Assembly (NCBI GenBank): GCA_018056685.1
Contig: JAGPFC010000004.1
Location: 96,646 to 160,645, forward strand
Reading direction: 5' to 3'
Length of the DNA: 64,000 nucleotides
Origin: Smithella sp.
GTDB lineage: Bacteria > Desulfobacterota > Syntrophia > Syntrophales > Smithellaceae
Shown in pieces: positions 9,944 to 18,871 of this stretch (positions within the stretch are counted from its first letter, which is position 1; each line of letters opens with the position of its first letter). The notes beneath the pieces were generated by a model. That model was not told where the DNA came from. It searched no databases and saw nothing but the letters and a program-made list of their open reading frames with translations. The position numbers and the translations under genes are program-made.

Positions 9944-10732
9944 ATGAAGATAGATGAACAAATAAAGCGTGAAAGCGGCGTTCATGGGGAACAATGGAAC
10001 TCTCTGCATAATGGGTATTTTTCCGATGCCCGTGTCGCCCGTCCTTTCATCAAAACGATCATCCGTTATCTATCAGATTCGGTTCCCGATGTCATCGTGG
10101 ACCTGGGGGGCGGAACAGGGTTTATTTTACGGGAATTGATTGCAAAAGGTGTAACTGCAAATATCATCCCGATAAATCTCGATTGTTCTGAAAATCAATT
10201 GGATGCCATGGGCAAGGGTGATATCTCCTGTATCAACCGCATGATTTCAGACTTCTGTCGCAATGACCTTATTCATAACGAAGAAAAACGAGTTTTTTTT
10301 ATTATGCGATCGGTCTTACACTACTTCGGTCAGAACGGACTGGTTGATATTCTTCAACATATACGCAATCAGGCTCAAAAGGGAGAGATATTTATCCACC
10401 AGAGTGCGTGTTTTGAAAGCGAAGTGGGATCGCGCTGCTTAAATGCTCTGTATCGGGAGATGAGATCTCCCAAATGGTATCCCGTAATAAAAGAAATACG
10501 AGATAAAATGATGGCTGCCCACTGGCAGATTATTGAGGAACGTCCGGCGCCTGCGTTAAAATTATCATCTGCTGAAATCGGACAGCGCTATGGTCTTGAT
10601 GCGCAATCTGTTGCGGAAATCCGCAGCAAACTGCTGCATGAATCCGGAGAAATTGAAAATATTTTTCAATGCACAAGAGACGGTTTTGTGGCTTATCTCC
10701 ATTACAGGATTTTTGTCGCCCGTGCCGTTTGA
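9944..10732 (+). CDS. Class I SAM-dependent methyltransferase
   Basis: Motif I VIVDLGGGTGFILREL. 262-aa ORF with ordinary codon usage. Substrate unknown. Confidence 0.65.
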   Translation: MKIDEQIKRESGVHGEQWNSLHNGYFSDARVARPFIKTIIRYLSDSVPDVIVDLGGGTGFILRELIAKGVTANIIPINLDCSENQLDAMGKGDISCINRMISDFCRNDLIHNEEKRVFFIMRSVLHYFGQNGLVDILQHIRNQAQKGEIFIHQSACFESEVGSRCLNALYREMRSPKWYPVIKEIRDKMMAAHWQIIEERPAPALKLSSAEIGQRYGLDAQSVAEIRSKLLHESGEIENIFQCTRDGFVAYLHYRIFVARAV

Positions 10733-10942
10733 TTTAAATGTTTGACGATTTTAAAAGGAAGAAACTCTTCGGAAGGATATTAAAGAAAGGGCTTTTATTC
10801 ATTTCATGCCCAGGGAACAAAAGATATTGTCAGAAAGGCGGCTTGCCGGAAAACAATTCATTTTTCAATAACGACTGGATTGTGGTAACCTACAACGAAG
10901 CAAAACAGTAATTGCTATAATCAATAAATACCAGGAGGATTG

Positions 10943-11488
10943 ATGATGATTAGAAAATCTAAAAGTTACAGAATGATTGGAACGGTTGTCTTCGTGGCGG
11001 CCATATTCCTTTTAACATTAACAATGTTTAAAACCAGTATCTGTTCTGCAGAGACAGCTTCCATCCCCGGTATGGAGTGCAGCAAGGACATTGCAAAAAA
11101 TATTGTACATGCCACCGCGCAGGGACTGGGTGAAATCCTGAAAGAGGTGAAGGCAGAAGACAAACGAATTGCCCTGATTCGTAACTTCATCAGTCCCATC
11201 CGTTTCTATCCGGATAAATCGGGATATTTCTATGTTTACAACAGCAAAAACATGAATATCGCCCATGCGACACAGAAAGACTTACAAGGCAAGGACCTGA
11301 ATGATCATAAAGATGTGAAAGGGAAATTTGTGATTCGCGAACTCAACGAGGCGGCTAAGAAAGGCGGCGGCTTTGTTGAATTCTATTGGGTGAAACCCGG
11401 CGTTCAGGGTGAACAAAAGAAAATGGGGTATGTTGAGCCCATTCCAGGAACAGACTATTTCATCGGTACCGGAGTTTATCTTCAGTAA
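10943..11488 (+). CDS. Stand-alone periplasmic single-Cache (sCache_2-like) domain protein
   Basis: N-terminal anchor/signal, then a Cache-type segment: GYFYVYNSKNMNIAHATQKDLQGKDL..GGGFVEFYWVKPG..KMGYVEPIPGTDYFIGTGVY. AGGAGG SD lies 4-7 nt before the ATGATG. Confidence 0.7.
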   Translation: MMIRKSKSYRMIGTVVFVAAIFLLTLTMFKTSICSAETASIPGMECSKDIAKNIVHATAQGLGEILKEVKAEDKRIALIRNFISPIRFYPDKSGYFYVYNSKNMNIAHATQKDLQGKDLNDHKDVKGKFVIRELNEAAKKGGGFVEFYWVKPGVQGEQKKMGYVEPIPGTDYFIGTGVYLQ

Positions 11489-11512
11489 TCTTTGATAACC
11501 TTAAAAAATATT

Positions 11513-11842
11513 ATGTTCTGTCCGAAATGTAAAACAGAATACAGAGAAGGTTCTTATAAGTGTGCCGATTGCGGCGCTGATCTGATTGATCAGCTGCCGC
11601 AGGAGGCACCTGATAATGTCAGCCATAATGATTTTGTGGAGGTTTTCTCCACTTATCATCAGGACGATATATCCTTTATAAAATCTATTCTCGAAGGCGA
11701 GGATATGACCTATTTTTTTCAGGGAGAAAGTTCCATCATGCTCATCGCGGCTGGTGCCTACGCCCGTCTGATGGTAAAAGCAGACGATGCCCCTCGAGCA
11801 AAAGAAATTTTACAGGACCTTGGATTTCTTGAAAAAACCTGA
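11513..11842 (+). CDS. Zinc-ribbon plus DUF2007-like small protein
   Basis: CPKC-x13-CADC zinc ribbon at the N-terminus. The C-terminal ~70 aa resemble the DUF2007 (putative signal-transducing) fold. The ORF track starts at TTG 11492. I preferred the ATG at 11513. Confidence 0.55.
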   Translation: MFCPKCKTEYREGSYKCADCGADLIDQLPQEAPDNVSHNDFVEVFSTYHQDDISFIKSILEGEDMTYFFQGESSIMLIAAGAYARLMVKADDAPRAKEILQDLGFLEKT

Positions 11843-11875
11843 AATCAAGTATTCATTGTAAGCTTGTAGAAATAA

Positions 11876-12886
11876 TTATTTCATCAGCTGCCGTGCGGCG
11901 GCGCAAATACGCTCTACATTGGGGAGGACCTGATCCTCCAGACGGCGACTATAGGGAATCGTTATCTGGGTGCAAACACGCGCATACTTGAACGTTATTC
12001 CGGCCTCCATAATAACTGCCGACAACTCACCGGAAAGTCCAAAGGCTTCATAATCTTCATCAACAACCAGTAAACGTCCTGTTGTTCCGACTTCTTTACA
12101 AACCGCCTTTTTGTCCAGCGGAGAAACCGTTCGGAGATCCAGCACGCCTGCTGAAATCCCTTCGGTTTCCAGTATATTTGCGGCCTCAAACGCTCGATGT
12201 ACGCTTACACCTAAGCTGACGATGGTTAAATCACGTCCTTCCCTGCGCATTGCGGCTTCTCCGAGAGGAAGCGGCTCCCATTTTTGAGGAACTGCTCCTT
12301 TTACTCCCTCGGCGGGAATATCGAAACGTATCGTCTTGCGTGCCCCTGAACCCAGAAATTCCAGCCATGTTTCGGAAAGCAGTTTATGTTCGAGAATAAT
12401 AACGGGGCCGTTGTGTTTTAAGGCCGCCAGCATGAATCCCCCCGCATCTGCCGGCGTGGATGGAACGATCACCGTCAGGCCCGGAATGTGGGCCAACATT
12501 CCCCACAAAGACTGTTCATGCTGTCCGCCGTCGCCGTAACCGCCGCCGCAGGGTGCGCGCACCACCATGGGCACGGTCCATTTCCCGCCGGAGAAGACTT
12601 CAGTTTTGGCTGCATGATTAAGCAGCGCATCCATGCAGACTCCGAAGAAATCCACCATATACATTTCCACAACCGGGCGTAATCCGGCCATGGCGGCGGT
12701 CACCCCCGCCCCCAGAAAGGCGCTTTCGCTGATGGGCGTTCCCATCACGCGTTTGGGTCCGAAGCGCACTAGAAGATCACGCCTGATCAACGGGATATCT
12801 TCGCCAAAAACAATAATGCGGGGGTCTTCAGCCATCGCCTGAGCCAGAGCATCATCAGCGGCCTGAGTAAAGAACATCGTTTTCAT
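11876..12886 (-). CDS. 2-oxoacid (pyruvate/acetoin/branched-chain) dehydrogenase E1 component, beta subunit
   Basis: 336 aa with transketolase-like pyrimidine-binding and C-terminal domains (FGEDI..GTPISE..FGV, RTVSPLD). 4-nt overlap with the alpha subunit gene. Confidence 0.85.
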   Translation of the reverse strand: MKTMFFTQAADDALAQAMAEDPRIIVFGEDIPLIRRDLLVRFGPKRVMGTPISESAFLGAGVTAAMAGLRPVVEMYMVDFFGVCMDALLNHAAKTEVFSGGKWTVPMVVRAPCGGGYGDGGQHEQSLWGMLAHIPGLTVIVPSTPADAGGFMLAALKHNGPVIILEHKLLSETWLEFLGSGARKTIRFDIPAEGVKGAVPQKWEPLPLGEAAMRREGRDLTIVSLGVSVHRAFEAANILETEGISAGVLDLRTVSPLDKKAVCKEVGTTGRLLVVDEDYEAFGLSGELSAVIMEAGITFKYARVCTQITIPYSRRLEDQVLPNVERICAAARQLMK

Positions 12887-13938
12887 GACGGCACCTCCCC
12901 CAGAGCGGTTTCCAGGACATCGTTTATCTCCTTCTCCATCTGGCCTTCCAGTTCTTTCAAGCGGGATTCATCCGGCTGAAGAACCACGCGCGTATGGAGC
13001 AGTGGGTCATTGGCACGGTCCCGGCGCGGGTCGCGCAGAGTTGAGATGACTGAAGACATAACATTTTTCAGACCGGTAAGCCTTTCGCTGACAGCGGCAC
13101 CGTCCAGTTTCAGGATGGATTTTGTCAGCCCGGCCGCAACCTTGGGCATTTCTTTGAGAGGATCGCGCACGATTCTTATCGTTTGCAATCCCAGAAAATG
13201 GCCTTCCAGATGAACGCATCGGGCATGGAGAAAAGCAGGCCCCTCTCCGGAGCGGATACGATCAATCGCTGAGCGGGCTGTTTCCCAAACTTGAGATACA
13301 TCGACTCCGTCGACGCCAAAAGCCGGGACACCCAGGCCCCGGGCACGATCATCCAAATTTCCGCCGGTTGAAATTTCTTTTCTCGTGGTTATACCCCAGC
13401 CGTCATCCTTGCAAACAAACAGGACCGGTAATTTCCAGACAGCGGCCAAATTCATTGATTCCATCAACATGCCCTGATTCATCGCGCCATCCCCGAAAAA
13501 GGCTACAGCAATTGCCTGCGGACGCAGGTACTGAGCCGCCAGGGCAAAACCGGCTGCAGCCGGTCCTGCCGAACCGACAATACCTGAAGAGACAGCGAGG
13601 TAATCTTTGGAAAAAAGATGCATGTGTCCACCCATGCCGCCGCAAAGGCCTTTTTTGTGACCGAGAAATTCAAGCAGGAGAGGGACAGGCTCTATGCCCC
13701 GCATGAGTAAAGCCGCGGTAGCACGGTGATCCAGGGCCATCGCGTCGCCATCTCTGAGATGGGAAACAACACCGGCAATAATAGCTTCTTCGCCTGTTCC
13801 CAGATGCATCTCGCCGGAAATCAAACCCTCATGCCAAAGCTTTGCGGTTGCCTCTTCGAATAGACGGGCCTTTAGCATCAGAGCGTAAAGAGACCATAAA
13901 TCGGGTGACATCATTACCTCTCTTTCGTTGTAAGACAA
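12883..13938 (-). CDS. 2-oxoacid dehydrogenase E1 component, alpha subunit (TPP-dependent)
   Basis: TPP-binding motif FFGDGAMNQG..N-x-A..LPVLFVCKDDGW. The ORF-track start is TTG 13938. The ATG at 13914, preceded by GAGAGG, is an alternative. Confidence 0.85.
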   Translation of the reverse strand: MSYNEREVMMSPDLWSLYALMLKARLFEEATAKLWHEGLISGEMHLGTGEEAIIAGVVSHLRDGDAMALDHRATAALLMRGIEPVPLLLEFLGHKKGLCGGMGGHMHLFSKDYLAVSSGIVGSAGPAAAGFALAAQYLRPQAIAVAFFGDGAMNQGMLMESMNLAAVWKLPVLFVCKDDGWGITTRKEISTGGNLDDRARGLGVPAFGVDGVDVSQVWETARSAIDRIRSGEGPAFLHARCVHLEGHFLGLQTIRIVRDPLKEMPKVAAGLTKSILKLDGAAVSERLTGLKNVMSSVISTLRDPRRDRANDPLLHTRVVLQPDESRLKELEGQMEKEINDVLETALGEVPS

Positions 13939-14110
13939 CGGTTAAGGTTTATATCCCAATGGCTTTTTCGTGATTCACTTGGATTTTACTTTTTTTCAGC
14001 GAAACTGTAAATAAAAACATATTGGACAAACAAGAGGATAAGCAGAGGATGGTCTGAAGCCTTTAGACAAGAGAAACTTAACAGGATTTCGATCTTGAAA
14101 ATGAGATGAG

Positions 14111-14147
14111 CCATCCGGATTCCCCTTCATCTGGGGAATCCGGATGG
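14111..14147 (-). terminator. Hairpin terminator downstream of carB
   Basis: Perfect 15-bp inverted repeat CCATCCGGATTCCCC / GGGGAATCCGGATGG with a 7-nt loop, 8 nt after the carB stop. The minus-strand trailing tract is only moderately T-rich. Confidence 0.6.
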
Positions 14148-14154
14148 AATGAAC

Positions 14155-17100
14155 CTATTTTATCTCCGCGTGATAACTTTGCAGAGCTTTTGCCCGGCCG
14201 TGACCCTGTTTAAGCGCGGCAATGCCCTTGACCGCCGCGACAGCTGCCGCAATGGTTGTGATGTAGGGAATTTTATATTTAATGGCCGCTTTGCGTATAT
14301 AAGAGTCATCATATTTGCTGAGGCGGCCTGCCGGCGTGTTTATCACCAGTTGAATCTCGCCATTTTTGATGGCGTCAACGATGTTGGGTCTGCCCTCGTG
14401 CATCTTTAAAATCTTTTCCGCTTCTATCGCATTTTCATTGAGGAATTTATACGTTCCTTCCGATGCCCTGATTTTAAAGCCGATCTTTTTAAACGCACGC
14501 GCAACTTCCAGAACGCCGCCCTTGTCCTTTTCTTCGACGGTGATCAGAACGGTTCCTGCCGAGGGGAGGCTCTGCTGTGTTGCTTCCTGTGCCTTGTAGT
14601 AAGCCAGACCGAAAGAATCAGCCAGCCCCAGAACTTCTCCCGTTGAGCGCATTTCAGGCCCCAGAACCGGATCAACTTCGGGATACATATTGAAGGGGAA
14701 TACAGCTTCCTTCACTCCGAAATGACGGAAGGCTTTGTTCTTCAAGTTCAAATCCTTGAGCTTTTTACCCAGCATGATTTGTGTGGCAATGCGCGCCATG
14801 GATACATTGCAGACCTTGGAAACCAGCGGGACCGTGCGCGAAGCGCGCGGATTGGCTTCCAGAATATAAACCAAATCATTGGCGATGGCGTACTGAATAT
14901 TCATCAAGCCGACCACGCCGAATTCCACGGCAATTTTTTTCGTATATTCATTAATGGTTTCAATGTGACGCAGGGGAATGCTTACCGGTGGAATGACACA
15001 GGCGGAGTCGCCGGAATGCACACCGGCCAGTTCGATATGTTCCATGACCGCCGGAACAAAAGCGTCCGTGCCGTCGGAAATCGCGTCGGCTTCCGCTTCA
15101 ATGGCGTTTTCCAGAAACTTGTCAATCAGGATGGGACGATCAGGCGTCACACCGACAGCGGCATTAACGTACCGTTTGAGCATGGTTTCATCGTGAACAA
15201 CTTCCATACCTCGTCCGCCCAGTACGTAGGAAGGACGCACCATCAGCGGATAGCCGATTTCATCCGCGACCTTGAGCGCCTGTTTCAAATTGCTGGCCAT
15301 GCCGGATTTCGGCATGGGGATGCCCAGTTTGTCCATCATCATGCGGAATTGGTCGCGGTCTTCCGCAAGGTCAATGGTTTCCGGCGAGGTGCCGATGATT
15401 TTCACACCGGCTTTGGCGAGTTCCGCAGCGATGTTGAGCGGTGTCTGTCCGCCAAACTGCACAATCACGCCTTCCGGTTTTTCTTTTTCATAGATACTGA
15501 GGACATCTTCTACCGTCAGGGGTTCAAAGTAAAGCTTGTTGGATGTATCATAATCCGTTGAAACCGTTTCCGGATTACAGTTGACCATGATGGACTCAAT
15601 GCCTTCGTCACGCAGGGCAAATGCCGCATGCACGCAGCAATAATCAAATTCGATGCCTTGGCCGATACGATTAGGCCCGCCACCCAGAACCATGATTTTG
15701 CGGTTTTTCGTTACAGAAACGGTATCCGGTGCGTTGTAGGTGGAAAAGTAATAAGCCGCATTTTCGACACCGCTGACCGGCACCGCTTCCCACGCTTCCG
15801 TTATGCCCAGCGTGATTCGTTGTTTACGGATTTCTTCTTCATCTTTTCCCAGAATCTGCGCCAGATATTTGTCGGCAAATCCGTCTTTTTTGGCCTGAAT
15901 CAACAAGTCATCGGGCAGTTTCTTTTTCTTGTACTGCAGGATTTTTTCTTCCAGTTCGACCAGTTCCTTCATCTGTTCGATGAAATACTTTTTGATATAG
16001 GTTTTAGTTGACAGCACATCGACGGCAGCACCCTTGCGCAGCGCCTCATACATAATAAACTGTCTTTCGCTGGACGGTTCGGAAAGCATTTCCATCAGTT
16101 CTTCCAGCGATTTTGAATGGAAGTCTTTGACAAAGCCAAGGCCGTAGCGTTTTTTCTCGAGTGAGCGAATGGCTTTCTGGAACGCTTCTTTGTAATTCTT
16201 GCCGATACTCATGACTTCGCCGACAGCGCGCATCTGCGTGCCCAACCTGTCTTCGGAGCCGGGGAATTTTTCAAAATCCCAACGGGCGAATTTCACAACA
16301 ACGTAGTCTCCCGACGGCGTGTATTTTTCAAGAGAGCCGTCGCGCCAGTAGGGAAGTTCGTCCATCGTGATGCCTGAAGCGAGCGTTGAAGAAATCAAAG
16401 CAATCGGGAATCCGGTGGCCTTGGAAGCCAGAGCGGAAGATCGCGACGTTCGCGGGTTGATTTCAATGACTACCACACGGTCGGTTTTGGGATCGTGCGC
16501 GAACTGCACATTGGTGCCGCCAATCACCTGAATGGCTTCCACAATTTTATAAGAATAATCCTGCAAACGCTTCTGCAATTCAGGAGAGATGGTCAGCATA
16601 GGCGCTGTGCAGTAGGAATCTCCGGTGTGGACTCCCATCGCGTCGACATTTTCAATGAAGCAGACTGTAATCATCTGATTTTTGGCGTCGCGAACGACTT
16701 CCAGTTCCAGTTCCTCCCAGCCAATGACCGATTCTTCAATCAGAATCTGACCGATGAGGCTCGCGGAAATGCCGCGACTGGCAATGGTGCGCAACTCTTC
16801 CAGATTATAAACGATGCCTCCGCCGGTGCCTCCCATTGTATAGGCCGGTCTGATGACAACCGGATAGCCCATTTGAGCGGCAATTTTTTCGGCTTCTTCA
16901 ACCGAAGTCGCAGGTTCACTCTTGGGCATTTCAATGCCGAGTTTATTCATGGTTTCTTTAAAGGCGATTCTGTCTTCGCCGCGTTCGATTGCATCAACCT
17001 GCACACCGATGACTTCCACCCCATGTTTTTCCAGAACGCCTTTTTTATAAAGTTCCGACGTCAGATTAAGACCGGTCTGACCGCCCAGATTGGGGAGAAT

Positions 17101-17355
17101 CGCGTCCGGTTTTTCGTTTTCAATAATTTCCGTCAAAGCCTGAACATTCAACGGTTCGATATAGGTGACATCGGCCATGCCCGGGTCGGTCATGATGGTT
17201 GCCGGGTTGGAATTAACCAGCACGATTTTGTAACCGAGTTGGCGCAGCGCCTTGCAGGCCTGAGTTCCTGAATAGTCGAATTCGCAGGCCTGTCCGATGA
17301 CGATAGGCCCCGAGCCGATAATCAACACTTTTTTGATATCTGTTCTTTGTCCCAT
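14155..17355 (-). CDS. carB: Carbamoyl-phosphate synthase large subunit
   Basis: 1066 aa with two ATP-grasp halves (KKVLIIGSGPIVIGQACEFDYSG and KIMVLGGGPNRIGQGIEFDYCCVH) and a C-terminal MGS-like domain. No carA is adjacent. Confidence 0.97.
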   Translation of the reverse strand: MGQRTDIKKVLIIGSGPIVIGQACEFDYSGTQACKALRQLGYKIVLVNSNPATIMTDPGMADVTYIEPLNVQALTEIIENEKPDAILPNLGGQTGLNLTSELYKKGVLEKHGVEVIGVQVDAIERGEDRIAFKETMNKLGIEMPKSEPATSVEEAEKIAAQMGYPVVIRPAYTMGGTGGGIVYNLEELRTIASRGISASLIGQILIEESVIGWEELELEVVRDAKNQMITVCFIENVDAMGVHTGDSYCTAPMLTISPELQKRLQDYSYKIVEAIQVIGGTNVQFAHDPKTDRVVVIEINPRTSRSSALASKATGFPIALISSTLASGITMDELPYWRDGSLEKYTPSGDYVVVKFARWDFEKFPGSEDRLGTQMRAVGEVMSIGKNYKEAFQKAIRSLEKKRYGLGFVKDFHSKSLEELMEMLSEPSSERQFIMYEALRKGAAVDVLSTKTYIKKYFIEQMKELVELEEKILQYKKKKLPDDLLIQAKKDGFADKYLAQILGKDEEEIRKQRITLGITEAWEAVPVSGVENAAYYFSTYNAPDTVSVTKNRKIMVLGGGPNRIGQGIEFDYCCVHAAFALRDEGIESIMVNCNPETVSTDYDTSNKLYFEPLTVEDVLSIYEKEKPEGVIVQFGGQTPLNIAAELAKAGVKIIGTSPETIDLAEDRDQFRMMMDKLGIPMPKSGMASNLKQALKVADEIGYPLMVRPSYVLGGRGMEVVHDETMLKRYVNAAVGVTPDRPILIDKFLENAIEAEADAISDGTDAFVPAVMEHIELAGVHSGDSACVIPPVSIPLRHIETINEYTKKIAVEFGVVGLMNIQYAIANDLVYILEANPRASRTVPLVSKVCNVSMARIATQIMLGKKLKDLNLKNKAFRHFGVKEAVFPFNMYPEVDPVLGPEMRSTGEVLGLADSFGLAYYKAQEATQQSLPSAGTVLITVEEKDKGGVLEVARAFKKIGFKIRASEGTYKFLNENAIEAEKILKMHEGRPNIVDAIKNGEIQLVINTPAGRLSKYDDSYIRKAAIKYKIPYITTIAAAVAAVKGIAALKQGHGRAKALQSYHAEIK

Positions 17356-17371
17356 TTAGTATCCTTTCTAA

Positions 17372-17450
17372 TGAGTCCCAGATTTCAGAAGCGAAGCGCG
17401 CTGAAATCTGTTGGACGAATTATCCCACGTGCGAAGTTAAGTGGGGTTAT
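17372..17450 (+). repeat. Dispersed two-hairpin intergenic repeat, copy B
   Basis: TGAGTCCCAGATTTCAGAAGCGAAGCGCGCTGAAATCTGTTGGACGAATTATCCCACGTGCGAAGTTAAGTGGGGTTAT. Stem 1 is CAGATTTCAG/CTGAAATCTG. Stem 2 is ATCCCAC/GTGGGGT. Lies between queF and carB. Confidence 0.8.
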
Positions 17451-17489
17451 ATGTACTATCCCCGACACAAATTTGGGTCTTCATATCTG

Positions 17490-17894
17490 TCATTTTTTGT
17501 ACTCCGCATCAACGGTGATGCCGATTCCGCCGCGCACGGCGAATTCAGCACTGACCCTGCACCAGCGAGGTTTAAGCGCGGCGACCACATCATCCAGAAT
17601 GATATTGGTGACATGTTCGTGGAAAACACCTTCATGACGAAACGACCACAAATAAAGTTTCAGTGATTTGGATTCGACAATTTTCTTATCCGGGATATAT
17701 TGAATTTTGATTTTGGCAAAATCCGGCTGACCGGTTTTCGGGCATACACAGGTAAACTCTTCCGTCTGCAGGGTGACCATATAATCGCGGTTTTCATTGT
17801 GATTGGGAAATGTCTCCAGTTTGCGTACCGGTTTGGCGGCCCTGCCCAGAAGCGTCAAGCCCGCCAGGTCATTTTTGATGGTTTTTTTAGACAT
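17490..17894 (-). CDS. queF: NADPH-dependent 7-cyano-7-deazaguanine (preQ0) reductase
   Basis: 134 aa. Type-I QueF motifs EFTCVCPKTGQPDFAKI and SLKLYLWSFR. Confidence 0.9.
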   Translation of the reverse strand: MSKKTIKNDLAGLTLLGRAAKPVRKLETFPNHNENRDYMVTLQTEEFTCVCPKTGQPDFAKIKIQYIPDKKIVESKSLKLYLWSFRHEGVFHEHVTNIILDDVVAALKPRWCRVSAEFAVRGGIGITVDAEYKK

Positions 17895-18037
17895 TATTGT
17901 ACCCCGAAAAAAAATGGTATATTCGTTTACCGAAAGTGATGTATAATATCAAGCACATTCGTCAGGAAACCAAAAAAATGTCTATCTAACTGTTTTTTTA
18001 AGGTTTTTAAAATAATGCATAAGGAGAAAATACGGCA

Positions 18038-18220
18038 ATGACAGACAACAAAACACCTGTTCCCGCAAATACCTGGAAATGCAGCAATTGCGGCAACACG
18101 ATTGTGGAAATACAGCCTCCGGAAGTCTGCCCGGTCTGCAAACAGAAATGCGAATTTCTGAATGTGACCTGTTACCAGCCGGATTGCGGCTTTACGGGTA
18201 TGGACAAAAGATTGAAATAA
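18038..18220 (+). CDS. Small rubredoxin-like zinc-ribbon protein
   Basis: 60 aa with CSNCG-x17-CPVC plus further Cys residues. AAGGAGA SD lies 9 nt upstream of the ATG. Confidence 0.6.
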   Translation: MTDNKTPVPANTWKCSNCGNTIVEIQPPEVCPVCKQKCEFLNVTCYQPDCGFTGMDKRLK

Positions 18221-18260
18221 GCAGCCGGTTCTTGTAATAAAACCATCCTGTTTATTGATT

Positions 18261-18602
18261 TCAGGGAACGATGATTTTTGACGCTTCCTCGCGTTCCATT
18301 TCTTTCGCCTCGGCAATCATGGCCTGAACGGTTTTTTCAATGGCGGCCGGTAATTTTTCTGCCGCTTCGCTTAAGGTTTTTGCGCCTTCGATTAGACACT
18401 GAACCGGAATCGGACCATTGGGTGACATTAACTGGGTTAAGCCTGTGAAGATTTGTGCCCGGCTATCGTCGGGGGAGCCATCGATTTTGACCGGGGATAG
18501 GCGTCTGATGGTGGCAAAAGTCAAATCGGTGAACGCTTCTTCCTTGTAAAGATTCTGAGTATTGATCTTAATGTCTGTTATTTTTGGAGCGCCGTTACTC
18601 AT
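18261..18602 (-). CDS. Conserved-looking hypothetical cytoplasmic protein (113 aa)
   Basis: Start set at ATG 18602 (MSNGAPKITDIK..) because GGAGGA lies 8 nt upstream. The longer ORF-track start at 18683 has no SD. No motif recognised. Confidence 0.55.
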   Translation of the reverse strand: MSNGAPKITDIKINTQNLYKEEAFTDLTFATIRRLSPVKIDGSPDDSRAQIFTGLTQLMSPNGPIPVQCLIEGAKTLSEAAEKLPAAIEKTVQAMIAEAKEMEREEASKIIVP

Positions 18603-18808
18603 GATTAGTTTCCTCCTGATATGGGTTAATGTCTCATCTGCCCCGAAAAACAATGGAAACAGTAACATTAACGGCCTCCTCATTTTTTAGGACCACTACC
18701 TGTGACGATTTGACTACGTTAAATCAATTAAAACTTCAATGACTATTTTTTTAAACTTTGATGACGATACCTAAGGGATACTAAAAAAATACCGGATATT
18801 TGGCTAAG

Positions 18809-18846
18809 AAAAAAATCGGGTCTTAACTAAAAAGTTAAGACCCGAT
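18809..18846 (-). terminator. Rho-independent terminator of the Ala/Pro-repeat lipoprotein gene
   Basis: 14-bp perfect stem ATCGGGTCTTAACT / AGTTAAGACCCGAT with a 4-nt loop. Seven T follow on the minus strand (A-run 18809-18815 on plus). Confidence 0.85.
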
Positions 18847-18871
18847 ATTCATCTGCAAATTTGTTTTTAAA

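Noticed and set aside
14722-15561. 279-aa plus-strand ORF inside carB. Similar long antisense ORFs occur at 16495-17271, 22277-22984, 24387-25172, 33413-34090, 35754-36590, 47417-48259, 51027-51776, 52015-52782, 54110-54988, 55694-56365, 59970-60794 and 61166-61807.
   Set aside because: Each lies entirely antisense to a gene with unmistakable family motifs. Each has no SD, and its composition is typical of reverse-frame translation of GC-balanced genes (rich in H/R/F/G, low complexity).
17895-18037. preQ1 riboswitch upstream of queF
   Set aside because: The minus-strand leader lacks the conserved preQ1-I/II stem plus A-rich tail. It has only a 4-bp GGTA/TACC stem followed by a U-run.
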